A stretch of DNA of 60,860 bases, from NCBI GenBank assembly GCA_046756405.1, contig JBHHWH010000003.1:1-60860 (forward strand). Reading direction: 5' to 3'. This document shows, piece by piece, positions 27,408 through 36,036 of the stretch (position 1 is its first letter; every line of letters begins with the position of its first letter). The DNA comes from Acidimicrobiia bacterium (GTDB taxonomy: Bacteria > Actinomycetota > Acidimicrobiia > Spongiisociales > ZC4RG35). Below the pieces are notes generated by a model that was not told the DNA's origin, did not search any database, and worked only from the letters and a program-made list of their open reading frames with translations. A program made the translations under genes and the position numbers.

Positions 27408-28860
27408 CGGCGAAGTGGGACCTCGCCACCATGGCCTCCAATCGTGCGGCCAGCTCCCTGAGGTCGGGAGGAGCCACTGCCATGGTGAAGAGCTCCACCA
27501 GCCGCTCCCCCACCTGGGCGTAGACCACGTGCAGCCGCCCCTCGAGCTCCCTCCGGGCGCGCCGCACCAGCTCTTCGCCTCCCTCCCAAGGAACGTCGGC
27601 CGGGTGGCCAAGGGCCGCCACAGTGAGAACCGCTGCTGCCATGTCTCGCAATCTATGGGGCATCGCGTGGACCATCCGATCGACATAGTGGAGCCATCCG
27701 TCGACCGCCTCTTCGACCAGGGCCCTCAGACCTGACATGACCACCGCCGGCTCGTGGTCGGTGACAGCCAGGACCAACTCGCCGGTACGGAGCACCGTCA
27801 CCCGCAGGTCCGCCTCCACCAGGGCGAGGAGCCTGCCGCGGAGCTGACGCCGGCGCCATGCCAAAGCGCGCCACCGAAATCGCGAGAACCTTCTTCGAGC
27901 CCCATCCATCTCCGGTCCCACAGCCCCTGCCACGCTTTCCAGATCTAGCTGGCTCGCCGCGTCAGTAAGGTCGGAGCGAAGCTGGACCGCCACTTCATCG
28001 ATCCAGGCCGAGATCTGCTCCCCCTCGGACATAACCTCCCGAACCGTCCCTGCGACGGCTGCTAGAGCCCGTTGGACGCCTTCAGCGCGGTGTCGTTCGT
28101 GATCTTCGGCCAAAGAGACCAGGCGCCGGGCGAGCTCTTTCACCGCCGCGGCGGGCAGGGAATGCCTGCTCGGAGCGATGCGGTATTCCGGTATGCGTAG
28201 CACTGTGGCGTCGAGGCCGGCACCGGCCAGCCTGGCCTGATAGTCCACCAACGCCCCGGCGGAGCCGCGGGAGAGGCGATTGAGCACATAGAAGACACTG
28301 GCTCCGCGGGAAACGGCACGGCGCAGAACGTCCCAGGGCACCTCGTCGGCGTACCTGAGGGCCGAGACCACGAAAACGACCACGTCGGCATGGTCGATGA
28401 GGGTCTCAGTTGTGCGCCGGTGCTCAGCAACCACCGAGTCGATGTCGGGGGTGTCAACTAGAGCGATCCGCTCCAGAACCTCCGCCTTGCCGGCCACCAC
28501 CCGACAGGACACCCCACCGATCTTGGCGAAACGTGCGCGGGCCTCTCGCGAGGTGAGCACAACCGGTCTTCGGGTGGTGGGGCGCAGGGACCCCGTCTCC
28601 GAAATGTCGGTCCCGGCGAGGGTGTTGAGCAGGGTCGACTTCCCCGATCCCGTAGGTCCCACCAGCACCACGGTCAGAGGAGCGGAGGGAGTCTCCAATC
28701 TGGGGATCAAGTAATCATGGATCGTTCGCAGGGCCCTGGCCCTCTTCTCCGCGGTGTCGAGCCCCACAAGATGGGCGGCGCTGAGATTGAGCGACTCCAG
28801 CGAGCTGGCGATACGCTCTAGTTCGGCACCCAGGCCAGAAGAGGTTGCGACGGCGACCAC
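27400..28860 (-). CDS. P-loop GTPase, dynamin/YfjP-like, upstream partner of a pair
   Basis: G1 is LVGPTGSGKSTLLNTL, G3 is LVDTPDIDS, and NRLS is a possible G4. It has a helical C-terminal half. Its stop overlaps the start of the next gene (ATGCGTGA). Confidence 0.7.
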   Translation of the reverse strand: MVAVATSSGLGAELERIASSLESLNLSAAHLVGLDTAEKRARALRTIHDYLIPRLETPSAPLTVVLVGPTGSGKSTLLNTLAGTDISETGSLRPTTRRPVVLTSREARARFAKIGGVSCRVVAGKAEVLERIALVDTPDIDSVVAEHRRTTETLIDHADVVVFVVSALRYADEVPWDVLRRAVSRGASVFYVLNRLSRGSAGALVDYQARLAGAGLDATVLRIPEYRIAPSRHSLPAAAVKELARRLVSLAEDHERHRAEGVQRALAAVAGTVREVMSEGEQISAWIDEVAVQLRSDLTDAASQLDLESVAGAVGPEMDGARRRFSRFRWRALAWRRRQLRGRLLALVEADLRVTVLRTGELVLAVTDHEPAVVMSGLRALVEEAVDGWLHYVDRMVHAMPHRLRDMAAAVLTVAALGHPADVPWEGGEELVRRARRELEGRLHVVYAQVGERLVELFTMAVAPPDLRELAARLEAMVARSHFADA

Positions 28861-28895
28861 CCTCAGATTGTGCCACGGCTAGCACCGAGATCCGG

Positions 28896-29768
28896 TCAGC
28901 CTGCCCAGCCTTTCTCCGGGCGTGGGAACCAGACGTGGACCTGCCCGGTGCCGGTGGCGTTCTCATATTCGCTGAACAACTCCCCAGCGGCGGTGCAGTC
29001 GGGGCCCCCGACGGCGCCCAGCATCATCAGGTAGTGCCCGAACCCGGCCTCCGGGTTGTGGGGGTAGTAGTCGTCCATCGTCTCCAGGATCCGCCGGTGA
29101 TCGCCGGCCTTCATCCACTCCAGCCGCTCCTCGTCCGCGGCCCGGGCTTCGGGGGTGCGGATGTGGATCGCATCGGAGGCCTCGTGGAGGGGGATCTCCT
29201 TCAGAGGCCAGAAGGTATGGCTCATCCCGCCCGAGGCCAGGATGACAGCTCGGCGGTCGAGCCTGCCTATCGCCTCCCCCAGGGCACGGCCCATGGTGAG
29301 GAAATCGTCGGGTTCGCCGGTCTGGACCACAGACACCGAGAGCACCCTTTCATCCTTGTGGAGGTAGTGGACCAGGTTGACGGTGGCGTAGTAGACGGGG
29401 AGGTAGGGATCGTCGCTGGCATGGGTGGGAGTGCCCATCTCGGCTCCGATCTCGACAGCCAGCCTGGCGAGATCCGGATCGCCCGGGTAGTCGTAGGGGA
29501 TGCCCGCCATCCCCCGGGGCAGCTCCGAAGAGGTGAAGCGTCCCTGCCGGCGCTCGTGGGCCGAGAGCACGTGTTCGACCGTGGTGAACCAATGGGAGTC
29601 GATGATCACGATCGAGTCCAGATCGAGAGTGTCGAAGACCTCCCGGAGGCGGACTAGCCCCGGAACCAGGCTGATCTCCTTCCCCTCGTTGATCTCACGC
29701 CGGGTCGCCTCGTCGAACATGATCGTGGGAACGTGGCTGATGAGGCCGACGCCGACAATCTCACCCAT
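28896..29768 (-). CDS. hpaD: LigB-superfamily extradiol dioxygenase, HpaD-like (3,4-dihydroxyphenylacetate 2,3-dioxygenase)
   Basis: It is colinear with my recollection of E. coli HpaD. Shared blocks are MGEIVGVGLISHVPT, IVIIDSHW, LASGGMSHTF and the C-terminal ATGTGQVHVWFPRP. It is 290 aa. Confidence 0.75.
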   Translation of the reverse strand: MGEIVGVGLISHVPTIMFDEATRREINEGKEISLVPGLVRLREVFDTLDLDSIVIIDSHWFTTVEHVLSAHERRQGRFTSSELPRGMAGIPYDYPGDPDLARLAVEIGAEMGTPTHASDDPYLPVYYATVNLVHYLHKDERVLSVSVVQTGEPDDFLTMGRALGEAIGRLDRRAVILASGGMSHTFWPLKEIPLHEASDAIHIRTPEARAADEERLEWMKAGDHRRILETMDDYYPHNPEAGFGHYLMMLGAVGGPDCTAAGELFSEYENATGTGQVHVWFPRPEKGWAG

Positions 29769-29889
29769 GGGATCCTCCTCCAGGAAGCGTAGAAACCGCT
29801 GGGCATCCTACCCGCCGCCCATCAACGGGGCCGGTCACCGGCCGCAGACCGGGACCGGGTTTATCCTCGACTAACAGGAGCACCCCGAC

Positions 29890-31353
29890 ATGCCCTCTTC
29901 CCGAGTCGAAATATCCCAAGTGGCTGTCTCTCCAGACCACTACATCGGCGGCCAGCGTGTGCCTTCGGAGAAGACCTTCGAGGTCCGCTCCCCCCTCGAC
30001 TGGGACTGGAAGCTGGCCGATGTCGCCCGGGGCGACGCCTTGACCGCCGATAGGGCGGTCACCGCCGCTCGCGATGCCTTTCCCCGGTGGGCAGCCTTGG
30101 GGACGGAGGGGCGAGCCGAGTACCTGTATCGGCTGGCGGATCTGATCGACGACAACATCGCCGACCTGGCCATCGTGGAATGTGTGGATATGGCCATGCT
30201 GTTGCAGAGCCTCGAAACCCGTGTCATCCATCGTGGAGCGGAGAACTTCCGCAACTATGCCGAGCTGGCGGTCGAATACCAGGGCCGGGTGTGGTCGTCT
30301 AAGGGCACCGACAACCGGATCCAGCGGATGCCGGCCGGGGTGGCGGTGATCATCACCCCGTGGAACGCTCCCTGGTTGCTGGAGACCTGGAAGGTGGCTC
30401 CCGCCTTGGCCGCAGGAAACACGGTGATCCTCAAGCCGGCGGAATGGGCTCCTCTGTCGGCTTCGCTCCTCGCCGACCTGGTGGACGAGGCCGGCTTCCC
30501 CCCGGGGGTCTTCAACATCGTCCAGGGTATCGGCGAGGAGGTGGGGGCTGCCCTGGTAGCCGACCGCCGGGTGCGCAGGATCTCGTTCACCGGCTCTCCG
30601 GAAACCGCCCGTCACATAGGGGAGTCGGCGGCCAAGAACATCGTCCCGCTCACCGCCGAGCTGGGAGGCAAGGGGCCGTTCTTGGTCTTTGCCGACGCCG
30701 ACCTCGACGCCGCCGCCAAGAAGGCAGCCGCCCAGTACGACGACGCCGGCCAGGTCTGCCTCGCCGGAACTCGTCTGCTGGTGGAGGAGTCGATCACAGG
30801 GGACTTCCTCGACCTCTTCTACAAGTACACCGACCAGCACGTGCTGGGAGATAGCCGTACCCCGACCACCACCGTCTCCCCGCTCATCCACCCCGACCAC
30901 CTGAAACGGGTAGAGGGGTTCGTTGAGCGGGCGCGGCGTTCCGGGGGGGCGGTTCTCCGCGGTGGAGAGCGCTGGAAGCCGGACGGTCTGTGGTACGAGC
31001 CCACGCTGATCGCCCCTAAATCCAACAGCTCTGAGATCGTCCAACGTGAGGTGTTCGGCCCGGTGCTCACCTACCAGACCTTCACCGACGAGGACGAGGG
31101 GATCGCCCTCGCCAACTCCACCGAATACGGCCTGTCGGCCATCGTCTACACCGGATCCGAGGAGCGAGCGGTGCGGGTGGGATCTGCAGTCAGAGCCGGG
31201 ACCGTCTGGGTCAATACCTTCCTGATAAGGGACCTCACCGCCCCCTTCGGGGGATGCGGCATCTCCGGAATCGGCAGGGAGGGAGGGGAGTTTGCCCTCG
31301 ACTTCCACTCCGATCTGAAGACCCTCCAGATCAGCCAGGGATCGGTCTGCTGA
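29890..31353 (+). CDS. NAD(P)-dependent aldehyde dehydrogenase (HpaE-like by context)
   Basis: It is 487 aa, with ELGGKGP, the catalytic-Cys block GQVCLAGTR and EVFGPV. It is divergent from the hpaD-like gene. Confidence 0.9.
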   Translation: MPSSRVEISQVAVSPDHYIGGQRVPSEKTFEVRSPLDWDWKLADVARGDALTADRAVTAARDAFPRWAALGTEGRAEYLYRLADLIDDNIADLAIVECVDMAMLLQSLETRVIHRGAENFRNYAELAVEYQGRVWSSKGTDNRIQRMPAGVAVIITPWNAPWLLETWKVAPALAAGNTVILKPAEWAPLSASLLADLVDEAGFPPGVFNIVQGIGEEVGAALVADRRVRRISFTGSPETARHIGESAAKNIVPLTAELGGKGPFLVFADADLDAAAKKAAAQYDDAGQVCLAGTRLLVEESITGDFLDLFYKYTDQHVLGDSRTPTTTVSPLIHPDHLKRVEGFVERARRSGGAVLRGGERWKPDGLWYEPTLIAPKSNSSEIVQREVFGPVLTYQTFTDEDEGIALANSTEYGLSAIVYTGSEERAVRVGSAVRAGTVWVNTFLIRDLTAPFGGCGISGIGREGGEFALDFHSDLKTLQISQGSVC

Positions 31354-32136
31354 TCAGCGGCGCAGGGTGGTCCCCTGCCGCCAGGACACTCCGACCCGGT
31401 GGTAGTAGCCGCCGATGATCTCGCCCGGGGCGAGCAGAGACAGCTCGTCCCAGGGAGAGTCGAAGACCTCCACCTCCGCCTCCCCAGACCAGACGTCGGC
31501 CACTTCCCCCTCGTAGCCGCGCATGGTCACCAACTCGTCCATGGAGGCGGTGCCGTCGGACTCGATGGCCGGCCAGTAACGGTCGTGGAGCATGGGGTGA
31601 GCGTTGACGAAACCCGGAGCACCCGCCGGCGCGGTGAGGGTGAGACGCATCTCTGCGATGCGGCGACCGGCGACGGTGAGGGTGGCACCGAACCGGCCCC
31701 CGGGCTCGAGGCGAGGACCGGCCTTGCCCACGGTGACCGGCCGAGTCATCCAGATCTCCCCCAGCTTCTTGGGGTATCCCTGGTGATAGCCGCGGGCCAG
31801 GGCGAAGTCCTTGTCCACCCAGATGAAGGGGCTGCGACTCCAGGTCGTGCCGTCCCAACGACAGCGGATCACGGCGAAGCACTCCTTGTACTGGCTGCGC
31901 TCCGGGTCGAGGAGCTCGGAGAAGTCGTCGCCGCAGCTCTGCCAGTCGGCCCAGATCAGGGCCACTGCTCCCGGGTCATCCTCACAGAGGGTGGCCCCCT
32001 CAGGGAGCAGTTCGACCACCCGCGATGGGTCGGTGCGGTACTCCACGGTGAGCATCTCCCCCGAGTAATGCCAGGGAGGCGGGGGGATGATCGAGGACCG
32101 ACCCGAAGGAGTGCGAGGGAAGAGGAATCCGGCCAT
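31354..32136 (-). CDS. acetoacetate decarboxylase (ADC)-family protein
   Basis: It is 260 aa, with the N-terminal IIPPPPWHYSGEMLTVEYRTDPSRVVELLPEG pattern typical of the ADC fold. Confidence 0.7.
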   Translation of the reverse strand: MAGFLFPRTPSGRSSIIPPPPWHYSGEMLTVEYRTDPSRVVELLPEGATLCEDDPGAVALIWADWQSCGDDFSELLDPERSQYKECFAVIRCRWDGTTWSRSPFIWVDKDFALARGYHQGYPKKLGEIWMTRPVTVGKAGPRLEPGGRFGATLTVAGRRIAEMRLTLTAPAGAPGFVNAHPMLHDRYWPAIESDGTASMDELVTMRGYEGEVADVWSGEAEVEVFDSPWDELSLLAPGEIIGGYYHRVGVSWRQGTTLRR

Positions 32137-32187
32137 GGTGGGAGGATCGTAGAAGGAGCTACGCGTAGGACGACAGTAGCTATTACT

Positions 32188-33576
32188 TTGACCTCTGTGA
32201 TCAACTTCCTGGAACCTGACGGGCCGACCCGGGCCCAGCTAACCGAGCTGGTGGTGGGGTACCTCAACCGGTGGTTCGAGGCGGCTTCAACCATGGACGC
32301 CCACGCCGGCGAGCCGAACCCCGAGACGGTTGAGATGCTCCGACGTCCTCCCGGCGAGCAGGGACGGCCCCTGGAGGCGATCCTCGAAGACCTCACCGAG
32401 GCCGGGCGCAGCGGAATCCTCCACCCGTCAGGGGGGCACATGTCTTACATCCCCAACGCCGGCCTCTACACCGCCGCACTGGCCGAGTTCCTCGCCGCCG
32501 GCCTCAACCGTTTCACCGGGGTCACTCAGGCAGCCCCAGGGATGGTGGCCATCGAGAAGGGGGTCGTCGACTGGATCTGCGGTCTCTTTGACCTCGGACC
32601 AGCCTCCACGGGGCTCCTCCTCTCCGGGGGCTCCCTCGCCAACTTCACTGGGATCGTCGCCGCTCGTGACGCCCACCTCGGCGACCGGTTGGGTGACGGT
32701 GTGGTCTACATGACCGAGCGAACCCACCACTCGGCATCGAAGGCAGCCCGCCTCGCTGGGTTCCGTCCCGATCAAATCGTGACCGTGGCCGTGGATGCCA
32801 ACCTGAGGATGGATCCCGTATCGCTTCGCAAGCGAATCGTCCGGGACCGCAGCGAGGGCCGAACCCCCGCCCTGGTGGTGGCTTCTGCGGGCACCACCGA
32901 TACCGGTACCATCGACCCCCTCGAGGGCATCGCCGAAGTAGCCTCCTCTGAAGGTATCTGGCTCCACGTCGACGCCGCCTACGGGGGCTTCTTCCTCCTC
33001 ACCGAGCGGGGAAGGAGAGCGCTGGCCGGCATCGACCGTGCCGACTCCATCGCCCTCGACCCACACAAGGGACTCTCGATTCCCTTCGGAGTGGGAGCAG
33101 TGGTGGTACGCGACGAAGAGACGCTGGTAGAAGCCCACGAGGGCCGCGGTGGCTACCTGGCAGAGGACGACACCTACATGGGGCTGCGGGACTTCTCCGC
33201 CGTGGGCCCTGAACTGAGCCGACCCTTCCGGGGCCTGGCCGTATGGCTACCTCTGCACCTTCACGGGATAGCACCCTTCCGCGACGCCCTCGACCACTCC
33301 CTCGACCTGGCCGAAGCGGCCTACGAGCGACTGCGTCGGATGGAGGGAATCGACGCCCTGTGGCGCCCCGACCTCTCCATCGTCGCCTTCCGATTCGAGG
33401 ACGACGAGAAGGGGAAAGCCGCCCTTGGAGCCGTGAACCGCGACCGCACCGTCCACCTCTCCCCCACCACCATCGATGGTCGCTTCGTATTGCGGCTGGC
33501 GATCCTCAACCGGCGCACCACCGCCGACCATGTCGACCATGCGCTGGACATCATCGAGAAGACCCTGATCGGATGA
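32188..33576 (+). CDS. group II PLP-dependent (aromatic amino acid/tyrosine-type) decarboxylase
   Basis: The PLP-lysine block is SIALDPHKGLSIPFG, and HPSGGHMSYIPN is present. The start is uncertain (TTG 32188 or GTG 32197). The ORF-track start at 31399 runs antisense through the ADC gene. Confidence 0.8.
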   Translation: MTSVINFLEPDGPTRAQLTELVVGYLNRWFEAASTMDAHAGEPNPETVEMLRRPPGEQGRPLEAILEDLTEAGRSGILHPSGGHMSYIPNAGLYTAALAEFLAAGLNRFTGVTQAAPGMVAIEKGVVDWICGLFDLGPASTGLLLSGGSLANFTGIVAARDAHLGDRLGDGVVYMTERTHHSASKAARLAGFRPDQIVTVAVDANLRMDPVSLRKRIVRDRSEGRTPALVVASAGTTDTGTIDPLEGIAEVASSEGIWLHVDAAYGGFFLLTERGRRALAGIDRADSIALDPHKGLSIPFGVGAVVVRDEETLVEAHEGRGGYLAEDDTYMGLRDFSAVGPELSRPFRGLAVWLPLHLHGIAPFRDALDHSLDLAEAAYERLRRMEGIDALWRPDLSIVAFRFEDDEKGKAALGAVNRDRTVHLSPTTIDGRFVLRLAILNRRTTADHVDHALDIIEKTLIG

Positions 33577-34436
33577 TAGAGTTCCGCCGCATCCTCGTCG
33601 ACGGCGAGCCGGTGACCGTCCACCGGGAGGGTGGGATCCTGGTCACTCCCTCCGGATTGAGGGTGCCCGAGGAGACGGCAGTGCACCTTCCCCCTTGCGA
33701 GCCCACCAAGATCATCGCCTGTCACCTCAACTACCGCAGCCGGGTGGAGGAGTTCGGAGCGACACTGCCTCCGGCCCCCACCTACTTCCACAAGCCCACC
33801 ACCGCCCTCCACGCCCACCGAGGTGAGGTAGTGCGGCCGAAGCGGTGCAAGTACCTCAACTACGAAGGTGAGATCGCCATCGTGATCGGTGAGAGGGCCT
33901 TCGACATCACCCCCGACGAGGCTCCCCACCACATCGCCGGGTACACCATCGGCAACGACTTCGGCCTCCACGATTTCCGTGACACCGATGCCGGGTCGAT
34001 GCTCAGGGTCAAGGGTTCGGATACTCTCTGCCCTCTAGGTCCAGGCCTCGTCACCGACTGGGACTTCCATGACAAGGGGATCCGGACTCTGGTGAACGGT
34101 GAGGTCAAACAGGCTGGTAACACCTCTGAGATGGAATGGACCATGCACTATCTGGTGGCGGACATCGCCCGGACCATGACTCTCCTCCCTGGGGACGTGA
34201 TCCTCAGCGGCACTCCGGCAGGCTCCCGTCCAGTCGAGCCCGGGGATGTGGTCACCGTGGAGGTGGAGGGCCTGGGGGCGCTCACCAACACCGTCGTCGA
34301 GGGAGAGGTGGCGGTGAGAAGCGACTTCGGTGCCCAGCCCTCTGAGTCCGAGGAAGTGCTATCGACGGCCCTAGGCGGTGACTGGGAGTTCCGCGGGATC
34401 AGGCCACCCCGCCGTCCCGGAGAGGAGCACCGATGA
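33573..34436 (+). CDS. fumarylacetoacetate hydrolase (FAH)-family protein, HpaG-like
   Basis: I trimmed the start to ATG 33573, which gives an ATGA overlap with the decarboxylase stop. Motifs are IACHLNYRS, YEGEIAIVIG, IGNDFGLHD and VILSGTPAG. Confidence 0.85.
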   Translation: MIEFRRILVDGEPVTVHREGGILVTPSGLRVPEETAVHLPPCEPTKIIACHLNYRSRVEEFGATLPPAPTYFHKPTTALHAHRGEVVRPKRCKYLNYEGEIAIVIGERAFDITPDEAPHHIAGYTIGNDFGLHDFRDTDAGSMLRVKGSDTLCPLGPGLVTDWDFHDKGIRTLVNGEVKQAGNTSEMEWTMHYLVADIARTMTLLPGDVILSGTPAGSRPVEPGDVVTVEVEGLGALTNTVVEGEVAVRSDFGAQPSESEEVLSTALGGDWEFRGIRPPRRPGEEHR

Positions 34437-35155
34437 AACCGGTAGTTGGGATAACCACATGGCGGCGCAATATGACCTCCTACTTCGGCGAGGAGAACCT
34501 TCAGACCCTGGCCCACTATTACATCGAGTCGCTACGGGCCATAGGGATCACCCCGCTGATGTATCCCGCGGAGGGGGATCCCAAAGACGCCGGCCAGCTC
34601 GTCGATCTAGTCGACGGAGTCGTCCTCTCCGGTGGCCAGGACGTCGACCCGGCCCTGTACGGCGCCGAGAACACCCACTCCCGCGGTGTGAACTCCGCCG
34701 ACGACCGCTTCGAGATCGCCCTGGTGGAGGCGGCCCGGGAGCGGAACAAGCCCCTGCTGGCCATCTGCCGGGGCATCCAGGTCCTCAATGTGGCTCTCGG
34801 AGGCACCCTCCGCCAGGAGGTCACCTCACCGGGGGGAGTCCATGAGCTGATCGACAAAGAAACCGACCCCGACGAGTTGGTGGCCCGTCGTCACGTCGTC
34901 CGGTTCGAAAAGGGTGCCCGACTTGCCGAGATGTACGGGGCCGACGAGGCCAAAGTGAACACCATCCACCATCAGGGGATTGACCGTCTGGCCGGGGGCC
35001 TGGTGGTGGAGGGTCGGACCGATGACGGACTGATCGAAGCGGTCCGCTACGGCGGGAACTGGTGGGCCCTAGGTGTTCAGTGGCACCCCGAGCGCCTCGA
35101 CGGCGACCACCAGAGGATCTTTGCCCTGTATCGCGAGGCCGTCACTGCGGGTTAG
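34433..35155 (+). CDS. class I glutamine amidotransferase-like gamma-glutamyl hydrolase (PuuD/peptidase C26 family)
   Basis: The nucleophile block is LAICRGIQVLNVALGGTL and the His block is GVQWHPE. It has an ATGA overlap with the FAH gene. Confidence 0.8.
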   Translation: MKPVVGITTWRRNMTSYFGEENLQTLAHYYIESLRAIGITPLMYPAEGDPKDAGQLVDLVDGVVLSGGQDVDPALYGAENTHSRGVNSADDRFEIALVEAARERNKPLLAICRGIQVLNVALGGTLRQEVTSPGGVHELIDKETDPDELVARRHVVRFEKGARLAEMYGADEAKVNTIHHQGIDRLAGGLVVEGRTDDGLIEAVRYGGNWWALGVQWHPERLDGDHQRIFALYREAVTAG

Positions 35156-35927
35156 CTAGCAACGCCTCCGCCGCCTGGCCCTCTGAGCATTCCTCGAGGA
35201 CGGGGCAGTAGCGACACCAAGGACCGGCAATCCGCTCCAGGTCGGTACCCGCCTCCCAGGAGCGGCGTACCTGGTTGACCAGCTCCGCGACCTCGGCCGC
35301 CACGTTCATCAGGTCCTCCTCGGAGGGTTGTTCCTCGAACCGCTCCCCGGTGGCCACCGAGACCGCCACCAGCTCCGCCGGCACCTCCTCCCTTGCCAGG
35401 GCCCACAACAGACCGTAGAAGAGGAGCTGGTCCGATGGATCGCCCAGCTCCCCCGTCTTCCAGTCCACCAACCGGTGTCCGCCACGGTCGGGGCGGTAGA
35501 CGGCGTCGATCCGACCCACCAGCTCTAGGTCAGGATCGCTCTCATAATCCAGATCAACCTCAGCCCCCTCGAACCCTTCGTCGGGGAAGGCCACAAAACG
35601 GCGGTACAGGCTCTGAACCTCGCCCACGATCTCCCGCAGCGTCGAAGGCCGGATCCCCAGATCGCCCATCTGATTGGTGAGGTTGGAAGCCCCGATCTCC
35701 TCCCGGCACACCTGCTCGAATTCCCCGTCGGAGATAGGACCTTCCCTCAGGTGCCGGCTGAAGATGCGGTGGGCCAGGCCGCCAGTGAATCCGGCCCGGC
35801 TCGGCTTCCCGTAGTAGCCCCGGAAACGTGCCGCAGCCCGCTCCGGGCACTCCCTCCAGGTGACGTAGGTCGAGGCGGAGACCTTCAGCGGCTCACCGGG
35901 AATCACTGGGGGTATTTGCACAACCAT
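35142..35927 (-). CDS. PD-(D/E)XK nuclease with Cas4/AddB-type four-cysteine cluster
   Basis: The nuclease core is GRIDAVYR...HRLVDWKTGE. One N-terminal Cys (WRECPE) plus C-terminal WCRYCPVLEEC give the C...CxxCx5C arrangement. Confidence 0.75.
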   Translation of the reverse strand: MVVQIPPVIPGEPLKVSASTYVTWRECPERAAARFRGYYGKPSRAGFTGGLAHRIFSRHLREGPISDGEFEQVCREEIGASNLTNQMGDLGIRPSTLREIVGEVQSLYRRFVAFPDEGFEGAEVDLDYESDPDLELVGRIDAVYRPDRGGHRLVDWKTGELGDPSDQLLFYGLLWALAREEVPAELVAVSVATGERFEEQPSEEDLMNVAAEVAELVNQVRRSWEAGTDLERIAGPWCRYCPVLEECSEGQAAEALLANPQ

Positions 35928-36036
35928 CGCAGAACCAGCGTATACCGTGGAGCCGGTCGGGAACTTCGGCTACGGCTTTGTCGTCATTAGCATTGCCCCT
36001 CCAGGGAAGCGGGTCGGTTAGGGGCGACCCATCTTC

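Noticed and set aside
29830-29842. Palindrome GCCGGTCACCGGC in the hpaD/aldehyde dehydrogenase divergent region, considered as an operator.
   Set aside because: Short GC palindromes are frequent in this composition, and no regulator gene is present in the cluster to bind it.
29761-31308. Long antisense ORFs opposite recognisable genes. Examples are 29761..31308 (-), 5954..6898 (-), 38246..39277 (+), 55245..56534 (+), 20086..21234 (-), 14168..15133 (+), 44380..45282 (+), 45382..46380 (+), 17613..18647 (-) and 52172..53230 (-).
   Set aside because: In each case the opposite strand encodes a protein with clear family motifs. The antisense translations are Arg/Gly/Pro/His-rich low-complexity sequence, as expected for shadow frames in about 70% GC DNA.
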